IMG/VR virus record: IMGVR_UViG_3300032665_000003
Strand: one strand, 5' to 3'
Source of the DNA: a virus
Lineage: Duplodnaviria > Heunggongvirae > Uroviricota > Caudoviricetes
DNA: 64,000 bases
Shown: positions 17,447 through 24,825 of the stretch, one piece after another
Numbering within the stretch: position 1 is the stretch's first letter
Layout: each line of letters begins with the position of its first letter
Program-made: the position numbers and the translations under genes
The notes under the pieces: generated by a model
Seen by the model: only the letters and a program-made list of their open reading frames with translations
Databases searched by the model: none
Told to the model about the DNA's origin: nothing

Positions 17447-18071
17447 AAGAGTATCCTCCCATATTATTTATCTAATGATAAATATGAATATAATGATAAA
17501 TATGAATATGGACACTACAGATTTTCGTAAACTACTTAACCTATTTGAAGCACGTAATCCTAATTTGGAGTACGAGGACGAACCTAACGGTAAAAAGGTC
17601 ATTGCTAGACTTAAGAGCTATAATAGCCAAATATATACAAAGCTTGCACAAAAACTTGCAAGAATTGATGAATTGGAATCAGAAGTCAAATATCTTAAAG
17701 CTGCCGTAAAGGATGAAGCTAAAGAAAATGTGAGTGATTTGTTTGACGCAGAAGATGCCGTTCGCACTAGAGTTGTTGAGACTCTTAGCTTTATCTTTAC
17801 GTTGACTAAGGATCCGGAAGAAACTAGAACTCCAAAGTACAAAGATATTTTAACTGAATTAGAGAAGCATCTAACACCTGAATTGATCGTAGTGTTAGAG
17901 GGGCTTAAAAAGCAAATGGTTACAGTGACTCAAAAAAGTCCTGCAATGTCAGTAAAGCCAATCAAAGAAGCTGTAGGAGATGTGTTCTCTCGACTAAAAC
18001 AGACTATTTTGGGTTGGGCTAAAGATTACGATAGACAGCTTGATGCACTTAAAGCAGAAGCCGGTATGTAA
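17427..18071 (+). CDS. hypothetical protein; the true start may be the internal Met near 17508
   Basis: ORF track. Confidence 0.35.
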   Translation: MHSNFFIRVSSHIIYLMINMNIMINMNMDTTDFRKLLNLFEARNPNLEYEDEPNGKKVIARLKSYNSQIYTKLAQKLARIDELESEVKYLKAAVKDEAKENVSDLFDAEDAVRTRVVETLSFIFTLTKDPEETRTPKYKDILTELEKHLTPELIVVLEGLKKQMVTVTQKSPAMSVKPIKEAVGDVFSRLKQTILGWAKDYDRQLDALKAEAGM

Positions 18072-18077
18072 CTAATT

Positions 18078-18161
18078 TGGTAGGGGCGGAGGGAGTCGAA
18101 CCCCCAATCCTTTCGGAAGCTGCTTTTGAGACAGCCGCGTAGACCATTCCGCCACGCCCCC
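18078..18161 (-). tRNA. tRNA-Leu (CAA), type II
   Basis: Anticodon arm GCTGT-CTCAAAA-GCAGC, variable arm TTCCGAAAGGAT, T-arm GGGGG-TTCGACT-CCCTC, CCA encoded. Confidence 0.7.
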
Positions 18162-18207
18162 ACATCATTTATACCCTGGACAATTCCACCATCGGGGCAT
18201 TATATAT

Positions 18208-18292
18208 TGGTGCGAGTAGAGGGAGTCGAACCCCCACGCCTTTCGGCGCTGGTACCTAAAACCAGTGCGTCTACCAATTCCGCCATACTCGC
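18208..18292 (-). tRNA. tRNA-Leu (TAG), type II
   Basis: Anticodon arm CTGGT-TTTAGGT-ACCAG, variable arm CGCCGAAAGGCGT, T-arm GGGGG-TTCGACT-CCCTC, CCA encoded. Confidence 0.75.
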
Positions 18293-18431
18293 ATAAAACT
18301 TACTGGGGTTCCTCATTTTTAGAGACCGTCACCCCCTTAAAAGCTTACTAATAGCAGTATTGTGCTGCCTAGTTTCTCCTCAACCGTATATCTCATTCTG
18401 CAGGGCTTGCAATAATCACCTACAGTAAAAA

Positions 18432-18483
18432 TGGTGTCTCCCGGCGACTTGACGCCTTTAGCACGCTATGAACCTGAGGAGAC
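18432..18483 (-). ncRNA. tRNA-like minihelix: a 7-bp acceptor stem (GTCTCCT/GGGAGAC), a T-arm-like hairpin (GGCG-TCAAGT-CGCC) and 3' ACCA, with no D or anticodon arms
   Basis: Folded by hand. Resembles a tRNA top half or a tmRNA TLD fragment. 52 nt. Confidence 0.25.
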
Positions 18484-18609
18484 ATAAATGGTGTTGCCCT
18501 TCGGTAATGATCCGAAACCTCGAGATTTTCGGTCTCGCGTGCAGACCATCTACACTAGAGCAACATGAATTCTGCGGACTTACGGTGTTCTTCACCCGCC
18601 GAGTTATTT

Positions 18610-18680
18610 TGGTGGAGACGGAGGGAATCGAACCCTCCCTGCTGAACTGCCAGCCCGGCGTTAAGCCCACTTACGTCCCC
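18610..18680 (-). ncRNA. non-canonical short tRNA-like gene (about 68 nt plus CCA); the anticodon region is unclear
   Basis: Acceptor GGGGACG/CGTCTCC, perfect T-arm GGAGGG-TTCGATT-CCCTCC, A discriminator, encoded CCA. The central region does not give a standard D/anticodon fold. Confidence 0.35.
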
Positions 18681-18755
18681 ATAATCTCTCGGGTAGCTGC
18701 ACACTACCCTTCCTCGTCAGAACCATTGTGCAGGGTACCAACGAGAGTATCCTCT

Positions 18756-19139
18756 CTACATGAATAGCTTCAAGGCTTTCAAATCTTCACCGATCAAGTC
18801 TTCTCGAATAGGACCGAGTCCTAAACAAGTAACAGTCGGTTCGTTGAATACCGTGAACCCAGCGTCTTTAACTAACGAGACACCGCATACATTCTTGTAT
18901 GCCTCTTGAATCACTTCTAGTTCGGCTACCGTGTCAACAATAAGAGTGATCTTATACGCATGATCACTGTTCTTGTACTGGATTGCTTGAAGATTGCAGT
19001 CCGAAGAAACCTCAAGACTAACTGCATTCCAATAAGCATGAAGGTATGCGTGACCTGCCATAGAAGCAAGCTTTCCGCGATTACCTTTCATCTTGTCTAC
19101 GCTTTCTTTAGCGAAGATGCAGTACATTTTCAGTTTCAT
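18756..19139 (-). CDS. pth2: peptidyl-tRNA hydrolase, PTH2 family (start trimmed to MKLKM)
   Basis: N-terminal KMYCIFAKESVDKMKGNRGKLASMAGHAYLHAY resembles the PTH2 signature KMvlvvRtDLkMgKGKiAAQ.sHAa. Confidence 0.5.
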   Translation of the reverse strand: MKLKMYCIFAKESVDKMKGNRGKLASMAGHAYLHAYWNAVSLEVSSDCNLQAIQYKNSDHAYKITLIVDTVAELEVIQEAYKNVCGVSLVKDAGFTVFNEPTVTCLGLGPIREDLIGEDLKALKLFM

Positions 19140-19157
19140 ATTTCCTCGCTGGTATGT

Positions 19158-19231
19158 TGGATGAGGGGCCAGGACTCGCACCTGGATCTTCTGATTCAGA
19201 GTCAAATATCCTACTATTAGACGAACCCTCA
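19158..19231 (-). pseudogene. degenerate tRNA: good acceptor and T-arm (CCAGG-TGCGAGT-CCTGG), but the anticodon arm is replaced by an 11-nt palindrome TCTGAATCAGA
   Basis: Folded by hand. Confidence 0.35.
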
Positions 19232-19239
19232 ATTAAATT

Positions 19240-19331
19240 TGGCGGAGAGTGAGGGATTTGAACCCCCGGTACTTATTTCTAAGTACGTCGGTTTTCGAGA
19301 CCGCCACCTTCGGCCGCTCGGTCAACTCTCC
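19240..19331 (-). tRNA. tRNA-Ser (CGA), type II
   Basis: Anticodon loop CTCGAAA; long variable hairpin CGTACTTAGAAATAAGTACC; GGGGG-TTCAAAT-CCCTC T-arm; CCA encoded. Confidence 0.7.
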
Positions 19332-19340
19332 GTAGTTAAA

Positions 19341-19429
19341 TGGTCAGGGTAGCAGGATTCGAACCTGCGTGAACGATTCCGCCTCTCGTTTCCAAAACGA
19401 GCGCTCCGACCTGGCTGAGCTATACCCTG
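19341..19429 (-). tRNA. tRNA with anticodon TGG (Pro-like) but an unusually long variable region of about 16 nt
   Basis: Perfect acceptor CAGGGTA/TACCCTG; anticodon arm CTCGT-TTTGGAA-ACGAG; variable region AGGCGGAATCGTTCAC; T-arm GCAGG-TTCGAAT-CCTGC. Confidence 0.5.
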
Positions 19430-19583
19430 ATAATTTGGCCGTCAGGAAATTTTCTCTCCGGCAGTCACTAGTAAACTGCTACCGCTGCGGGACCTGACGA
19501 TAAACTGTCGCCCCTACTCTATCTTTCTCTCGATTACTTTCGGTGTTGGATACCAAACATACGTGATAGGGGCATAAACTTAT

Positions 19584-19671
19584 GGCGGAGCGTTAGAGAT
19601 TCGAACTCTATACCCGTAAGGTACCTTTCGCTTTCCAAGCGAAGACAGATCCTATCTGCTTACCCACTCCG
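19584..19671 (-). tRNA. tRNA-Ser (GGA), type II
   Basis: Anticodon arm TTCGC-TTGGAAA-GCGAA; long variable arm; T-arm TAGAG-TTCGAAT-CTCTA; CCA encoded. Confidence 0.65.
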
Positions 19672-19756
19672 TATTATGGTGGCCCTCAATCCTAATTATA
19701 TAATCACCTAAGTGAGTTGATAGTCGGGGCATAAACTTTGGTGTGCAATGCGCAAT

Positions 19757-19835
19757 TTGGTGGGTCTAATTGGAATCGAACCCACGTCTGCTGCTTTGGA
19801 GACAGCGGTACTACTATTGTACGAAGTGCGCATGA
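19757..19835 (-). pseudogene. tRNA-like sequence (anticodon arm GCTGT-CTCCAAA-GCAGC would give CCA/Trp); the acceptor stem does not pair
   Basis: Good D-arm (GTAC-AATAGTA-GTAC), anticodon arm and T-loop GGGTTCGATTCC, but 5'/3' acceptor complementarity is absent. Flanked by more tRNA-like debris at 19680-19940. Confidence 0.25.
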
Positions 19836-19953
19836 TAAAGTCGTATTGGCTAGCGGAATCAAACCGCTTTTGGGGCACCCAAGTCCTATAGAGACGATTC
19901 GAACGTCACACCCTTTCCCACCAAGGAAAACCACCTAGGACCAATACTATAAA

Positions 19954-20030
19954 TGGCGCAATCAGAGGGATTCGAACCCCCAACCCTCAGATTCGTAGTC
20001 TGATGCTCTCATCCGTTGAGCTATGACTGC
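19954..20030 (-). tRNA. tRNA-Arg (ACG)
   Basis: Anticodon arm TCAGA-CTACGAA-TCTGA; T-arm GGGGG-TTCGAAT-CCCTC; CCA encoded. Confidence 0.75.
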
Positions 20031-20050
20031 ATACTTTAATATGCTATATT

Positions 20051-20127
20051 TGGCGAATCCTGACAGATTTGAACTGCCGACCCTCGCGTCCGAAGCGCGA
20101 TGCTCTAGTCCGCTGAGCTAAGGATCC
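20051..20127 (-). tRNA. tRNA-Arg (TCG)
   Basis: Anticodon arm TCGCG-CTTCGGA-CGCGA; T-arm GGCAG-TTCAAAT-CTGTC; CCA encoded. Confidence 0.7.
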
Positions 20128-20133
20128 GTAATA

Positions 20134-20207
20134 TGGTGCCGACGAAGGGGATTGAACCCTTGACCTCAGTCTTACCAAGACTGCGCACTACCACTGTGCT
20201 ACGTCGG
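20134..20207 (-). tRNA. tRNA-Thr (GGT); its 5' end overlaps the last codons of the HNH gene
   Basis: Anticodon arm CAGTC-TTGGTAA-GACTG; T-arm AAGGG-TTCAATC-CCCTT; CCA encoded. Confidence 0.75.
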
Positions 20208-20696
20208 CTTATTTTTGTACCGGTGCGTTCGACCATTTCCCCTGTTTTTTCCTTTAAAGGAATCAGTTTGACTATGACAGTTTGGACAAAGCAACCTTAA
20301 ATTATCTATATGATTGTTATTAGGATTACCATCTGAATGATCACATTCTAGTGTGATTGGGAGATCGTTCCATTGCTCTAATTTACACCACTGACATTTG
20401 GCTCCATGCAACGCTATTAAAGTTCGGCGCGCCCATGCCGGAAAACCCATGCTATCAAATGCACCGGTTATCAACCAATTTTTAATTTTTTCAGCAGACT
20501 GGTATTCTGCTTGACATTTATTAGAACAAAACTTTTGCTTGACGCCACATTGTTTCTCGCATTTCAAACACGAAGGTATATTTGTTCGGGCTCTACCTCT
20601 ACTAATAGAGTATCTTCCGCCTTCCCGATGAACACTTTTATGTCCATTCAATTGACGGAACGTTTCAAACTCTTTACCGCAGTGACATACGTGCAT
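20199..20696 (-). CDS. HNH homing endonuclease
   Basis: CDHSDGNPNNNHIDNLRLLCPNCH, plus an N-terminal C2H2-like zinc finger (HVCHCGKEF). Confidence 0.7.
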   Translation of the reverse strand: MHVCHCGKEFETFRQLNGHKSVHREGGRYSISRGRARTNIPSCLKCEKQCGVKQKFCSNKCQAEYQSAEKIKNWLITGAFDSMGFPAWARRTLIALHGAKCQWCKLEQWNDLPITLECDHSDGNPNNNHIDNLRLLCPNCHSQTDSFKGKNRGNGRTHRYKNKPT

Positions 20697-20767
20697 AAGC
20701 TTTGTCCTAGCTCAGTTATTTATGCCTATTAATAGGTATGTTGTATGAGCTAACACGGCATATAATT

Positions 20768-20840
20768 TGGCTGTCCCCCAAGGACTCGAACCTCGATAAT
20801 CCGCACCAAAAACGGATGTCTTACCATTAGACGAAGGGAC
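20768..20840 (-). tRNA. tRNA-Gln (TTG); the anticodon stem/loop boundary is ambiguous (9-nt loop, or a 6-bp stem with a G.T pair)
   Basis: TGTCCCT acceptor; D-arm TCTA-ATGGTA-AGA; anticodon region ATCCGTTTTTGGTGCGGAT; T-loop TTCGAGT; CCA encoded. Confidence 0.6.
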
Positions 20841-20947
20841 AATAATACTTGATATTTATATACGAATACTATGATTATAAGAAAACACATTGACGTGTTG
20901 CTTCAACGAGGTTCGTAGCCCAGTGACTGTGTTTAAGTCCTATGTTT

Positions 20948-21157
20948 TCATATAATAATAGTTAGCTTTTTATTGACAAGCGAGGATATGTTGTCCAGCA
21001 TTTCGGACTGCCCCACTTGCGAAGGGTCACAATGCCCTTCACTGAAAGTTTTTACTTTCTGCGTTACCTCCGCAGATTTCATCCCTAACACCGCCCGTTC
21101 ATTTTTTAAAGTGCTTTGCAGCCTCGTTCCGACTTGCACTTGTGTTAGGTCTTTCAT
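20948..21157 (-). CDS. possible small protein (69 aa) in an otherwise non-coding, relatively GC-rich 680-nt gap
   Basis: ORF track; weak RBS. Confidence 0.25.
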   Translation of the reverse strand: MKDLTQVQVGTRLQSTLKNERAVLGMKSAEVTQKVKTFSEGHCDPSQVGQSEMLDNISSLVNKKLTIII

Positions 21158-21524
21158 CCTAACTGTCAGAGATTCTTGCCTCCAACTAATAAAAAACCCT
21201 GAAAATCTTTCGATTCCCAGGGACCAAATAAACTAGTTTTATATGAACTGTTTATCTAATCCCGGAACCCTTCTCTTAGATTAAAGGTACCGCGAATGCT
21301 TGTAGGGTATACCGCATCCGCAACGACGCACAATGAGGCTAATTGGCCCCAGAGTTGGTTATGCTGCTTCATCGATATGTTACAAGTGTTGTTCATATTA
21401 AACTTATTTAGTCCTGGTTAATAATACGTTAATTTTAACTTCGGTTTTTTCAAACTTTCGTTTCAATCAACTCTACAGTCTTATTTATACATCTTCTAAA
21501 AACAGTTGTCAAGCCTTTTTTGCA

Positions 21525-21532
21525 TATAAATA
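21525..21532 (+). promoter_or_regulatory. T4-type late promoter motif TATAAATA
   Basis: tgcaTATAAATAcgattATG. Confidence 0.4.
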
Positions 21533-21537
21533 CGATT

Positions 21538-22089
21538 ATGAATTTCGATGCATTTTCTCACGGACAGATTCAAAGTAAACTTTGGCTCTGCAATGAACTT
21601 GAACCCTACGTCCCTAAAAGCGCAAAAGTTGCTATCTTAGGTAGTTGGTACAACGTACTATCATTTATGCTTCTTACACGCAATCCTAATTTATATCAAC
21701 ATATTTTGGGCATTGATATAGATGCAAGCACGAAGCCTATTGCAGACAGAATCACCGATGCTTGGTGTATCGACTCGACTGTCACTAACATCATTGCTGA
21801 CGCCAGTACGTATGATTTAGCTTCTTTCGATATTGTTGTCAACTGTTCACCTGAACATATGTCCACAAATGAATGGTTTGAAAATTTGGATTACGGAAAA
21901 CTTGTATGTATTCAATCTAGTGATGTAACCATTGACAATGATGATATTTGGAAGTGCGTCAATCCTAATGAGTCATTAGATGCCTTAACAAAAAAATACC
22001 CTCTATCAAAGTATCTTTTTTCGGGGACGAAAGAAATTAGATACTCCGACGGAGGGTATAATCGTTTTATGCTAATCGGTATTAAGTAA
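21538..22089 (+). CDS. possible class I SAM-dependent methyltransferase-like protein
   Basis: Rossmann-like motif KVAILGSWYN ... GIDID ... FDIVVN. Start set at the Met after the late promoter. Confidence 0.35.
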   Translation: MNFDAFSHGQIQSKLWLCNELEPYVPKSAKVAILGSWYNVLSFMLLTRNPNLYQHILGIDIDASTKPIADRITDAWCIDSTVTNIIADASTYDLASFDIVVNCSPEHMSTNEWFENLDYGKLVCIQSSDVTIDNDDIWKCVNPNESLDALTKKYPLSKYLFSGTKEIRYSDGGYNRFMLIGIK

Positions 22090-22558
22090 TCTTACCAATA
22101 GCGGCTATCGCAGCAGCAATTTTCACAATTGCTGATTTTGCCTTAACATTTATGCCGCCGTTTGTTAGCAGACTCGAATAATAATTGATTAATTTTTCGT
22201 GCTGCATAGCGATGGCTGCTGCAAAAGCATATGCGTTGTGATTTGGTTGATTCCAATCATTGGTCAATCCACCAGTATATTGAGGATATGACATGCATGT
22301 CGCTTCCATAACTAGAAGCACTGCTACTTTCTTTGCTATTTCTCTTTCGTCGGATCCGAAAAGTGGACCATTCATAGAAATTTCAAATGCCAAACCACCA
22401 TTAGCAGTTGCGGTAGCAGCAGCAAGAGCACAACCGTGAACAGTTATTTCATCTAACTGTGCTACCGCATCATCTATGGAGTATTGTAGCGTTTCAGCCA
22501 CAGATTCCGCATATTCCGGAATAGTACCCTTTACGTCATCAATCCAATTTCGAGTCAT
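22082..22558 (-). CDS. hypothetical Ala-rich protein (158 aa), translationally coupled (TAATG) to the upstream MqsA-like gene
   Basis: ORF track; stop/start overlap at 22556-22560. Confidence 0.45.
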   Translation of the reverse strand: MTRNWIDDVKGTIPEYAESVAETLQYSIDDAVAQLDEITVHGCALAAATATANGGLAFEISMNGPLFGSDEREIAKKVAVLLVMEATCMSYPQYTGGLTNDWNQPNHNAYAFAAAIAMQHEKLINYYSSLLTNGGINVKAKSAIVKIAAAIAAIGKIT

Positions 22559-23016
22559 TATTTTCCTAAAGCAGGGCAGTATAGTCGTAGTTGATCTTTT
22601 CCTTCACCCGGGGCATCGGCAGCCAGCAGGGCGCAGGCGTTGTGGCGGACAAGATGATCCGAATAGTCACCCACACCCTTTCCCCCATCCTTCTCCCAAC
22701 GAGAGGCTGTCTCAGCCGTGATACCCATCGTCTCGGCAAATTCCTTTTGCGTCATGTCCAAAGCACGGCGCAGCAGACGCATATCACCCGCGTTCAGTTT
22801 GATCGGCAGCAGGCAACGAGCCACAGCCACCGTCCGCACTAGACCCCGCATGTCCGGGATCATGGTCATCTCGTCCGCACATCCAGCGCAGCGACGCACG
22901 TGGACGGTGTTTTTCAGGCACACCTCAATTCCGCCGACATCCTCCAGGTGCTCCGGGAGGATGTACTCCTCATAGTGGCCATTGCCACATTCCGTGCATG
23001 TCGTCGTAGTGTTCAT
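22558..23016 (-). CDS. MqsA/YgiT-family zinc-finger plus XRE-type HTH protein (antitoxin-like), located in a visibly GC-rich island
   Basis: N-terminal CTECG...CAGC zinc ribbon, then LRRALDMTQKEFAETMGITAETASRWEKG, which closely parallels E. coli MqsA RKKLSLTQKEASEIFGGGVNAFSRYEKG. GC content is clearly above the rest of the window. Confidence 0.65.
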   Translation of the reverse strand: MNTTTTCTECGNGHYEEYILPEHLEDVGGIEVCLKNTVHVRRCAGCADEMTMIPDMRGLVRTVAVARCLLPIKLNAGDMRLLRRALDMTQKEFAETMGITAETASRWEKDGGKGVGDYSDHLVRHNACALLAADAPGEGKDQLRLYCPALGK

Positions 23017-23239
23017 TTTCTTTTACCAGCCCAGCCCGTAATTACCTTGCATGTCCTGACCAACCGTGTAGTTGCCTGCTGGAAGATGCTCATGCAAATC
23101 CATCGCATCCTTAGAAGTAACGCGCCAATTCGTGCCCGATTTTAAATAAAATGAAATAGCTTTTCTCCATCATAAATGTCTGATTGACATATCTATAATA
23201 TAGTAGCATCAAACCATTGTCAATAACAAAGATAAATAA

Positions 23240-23305
23240 AAATGTAGTTCACGGATGTCTCGACAATATCCCAACTACTCTAACGCTATCAAGGAGCAAG
23301 CACCA
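23240..23305 (+). promoter_or_regulatory. conserved roughly 57-nt leader motif (copy B), ATGTAGTTCRCGG...CCCAACTACTCTAA..TCAAGGAG-N9-ATG, followed only by a 13-codon ORF
   Basis: Aligns at about 75 percent identity with 62507..62563, which precedes an HNH gene. Confidence 0.4.
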
Positions 23306-23319
23306 TGCTACAAATTTAT

Positions 23320-23535
23320 TTATCTATTGCGAACAGCAGTATTTAAATTAGATATGTCAGTTTTTTGGCGGCGATAATGCCTCTGCATTAGGCCCAACTC
23401 AGACTGAACATTAGCTACTGTCTCTGCTAGTCTACGAATCTTTGATTCAAGTAGCTCGATTTGTTTTTCAACCGTAATGGGTTGAATGTGATCTACCTTC
23501 GTAGAAGAAGCCTCACTCTTATACATCTTTGACAT
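23320..23535 (-). CDS. hypothetical coiled-coil protein (71 aa)
   Basis: ORF track. Confidence 0.35.
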   Translation of the reverse strand: MSKMYKSEASSTKVDHIQPITVEKQIELLESKIRRLAETVANVQSELGLMQRHYRRQKTDISNLNTAVRNR

Positions 23536-23558
23536 TTTAGTTCCTTATTTTACTTGTG

Positions 23559-24455
23559 TCAATTGCGGGTTAACCCGTTTAACTTGAAGTTAACAAATCC
23601 TACGATGTGGTCTGCTACATTTATATTGCAATATCGTTCGAAGCCCTCAAAGCCTGGAGCTGAGTTTGCTTCACAAACTTTAAATCCGTTTTCATCAAAC
23701 AAGAGGTCTATCCCTGCAATTTGCAATCCGCAAACTCTAGCAGTCTCTCTCGCAATGTATTCAATTTCGTCGGTGACCTCAAATGTTTCACCGTGACCAC
23801 CATTTGAAATATTAGCACGGAAGTCACCGACTGGAGCAATACGTTTCATTGCCCCAATCACCTTGCCGCCCACAACAAACACTCTGAGGTCTTCACCTGG
23901 GCGGTGTCCTACGTATTCTTGTACTATTAAGGTTTTTGCACTTTTTAGACTATCAGTGAAGTCCATAAGCTTTTTGAAATCTTTTTTTCTTTCACATAGA
24001 TATACACCTTCACCATAGCTTCCACTAATCACTTTTACTATGCAAGGCCAACCAATATTTCTATCTACAATATCAACTTCAACTGGAAACCTAACTAGCA
24101 TCGTATTTGGAATTGGAATTCCATTGCTCACTAGTAATTGTGATGTTCTAAGTTTATCTTTAGCAATCTCAATTCCCTCAGAGGAATTTACACAAGGTGT
24201 TCCTTCTTCTTCAAACTGTCTGATCAAAGCCCTTGCAAACTCATTTGTACCTGATCCAGTTCTAGTCAACAAAAGTTTGGGTTTCTCAAGGGTCAATCCA
24301 TTGTAATTTATACCAGTTTCTATACCTTGCCTAACAACTAAATCAAAGTTTTCTGGATTGGCAAACTGTACGTTTATACCTTGGTTGGCAAAACTTTCTA
24401 GGAGACGAGCATTCTCATAATCCTTTTCTCTTTTGGTCAAAATTACTACAGACAT
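23559..24455 (-). CDS. rimK: RimK-like ATP-grasp ligase (alpha-L-glutamate ligase / glutathione-synthetase fold)
   Basis: MSVVILTKREKD ... VVKVISGSYGEGVYL ... LIVQEYV ... GAMKRIA ... CGLQIAGIDLLFDENGFKVCEANSAPGFEG is a typical RimK motif set. Start trimmed to MSVVIL. Confidence 0.6.
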   Translation of the reverse strand: MSVVILTKREKDYENARLLESFANQGINVQFANPENFDLVVRQGIETGINYNGLTLEKPKLLLTRTGSGTNEFARALIRQFEEEGTPCVNSSEGIEIAKDKLRTSQLLVSNGIPIPNTMLVRFPVEVDIVDRNIGWPCIVKVISGSYGEGVYLCERKKDFKKLMDFTDSLKSAKTLIVQEYVGHRPGEDLRVFVVGGKVIGAMKRIAPVGDFRANISNGGHGETFEVTDEIEYIARETARVCGLQIAGIDLLFDENGFKVCEANSAPGFEGFERYCNINVADHIVGFVNFKLNGLTRN

Positions 24456-24672
24456 ACTGAATCTTTCATACTGTGTATATTTATGACATTTCATATTTCA
24501 TATTTCATATTTCACGTCGTATTTAAGAATAAGATAACAAATTAGAGGATGATCATTAGTCATAAATTCAATGTTGTACCCATCAAACTTTTTTTGATAC
24601 GGCAGGTGTTTGATTCCCGATTCTCGTATTGCCTTATTAATTTGATGGAAAACCTAGGTTGGTACGAAAATT

Positions 24673-24825
24673 TTACAGGTCTTCATCTTCATCAATCCAA
24701 TCTGCTTCATCGTAATCTAGTGTTTTGGCTCGTTTATCGTATTCTTTGTAGAGAGGTTCGTTGGGCGTCATGATTCGAAAATCGTATTTCAATAGGGCAA
24801 ATACAACTTCCTGCTTATCGAGCAT
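24673..24825 (-). CDS. small acidic protein (50 aa from the first ATG); the frame stays open upstream to 25011 with no ATG, so it may be a non-ATG start or the decayed 3' part of a longer gene
   Basis: Manual translation ...TTTGGCGNPWVVCDMLDKQEVVFALLKYDFRIMTPNEPLYKEYDKRAKTLDYDEADWIDEDEDL*. Confidence 0.25.
   Translation of the reverse strand: MLDKQEVVFALLKYDFRIMTPNEPLYKEYDKRAKTLDYDEADWIDEDEDL

Noticed and set aside
18458-18767. 70-aa minus-strand and 99-aa plus-strand ORFs
   Set aside because: They lie wholly within tRNA and tRNA-like sequences. The open frames are explained by the RNA genes.
18425-18770. tmRNA (one-piece or permuted) spanning the tRNA-like elements
   Set aside because: The 3' end ...GGGAGGGTTCGATTCCCTCCGTCTCCACCA is tmRNA-like, but I found no complementary 5' acceptor strand (GGAGACG) in either arrangement. 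There is also no tag-peptide reading frame ending in a hydrophobic ...AA motif. The element folds better as a short tRNA-like gene.
20880-21520. Structured ncRNA (group I intron, RNase P RNA or 6S) in the 680-nt gap
   Set aside because: I could not identify conserved cores by eye (the P4 pseudoknot of RNase P, or P7 of group I). It is left as an unexplained intergenic region with one weak small ORF.
22476-23145. Four overlapping plus-strand ORFs (81-85 aa) inside the GC-rich region
   Set aside because: High GC suppresses stop codons. They are antisense to the MqsA-like gene, which has clear domain homology.
23176-23205. TTGACA...TATAAT promoter in the A-rich spacer
   Set aside because: The -35 to -10 spacing is only about 4-9 nt in any register, so it is not a functional sigma70 arrangement.
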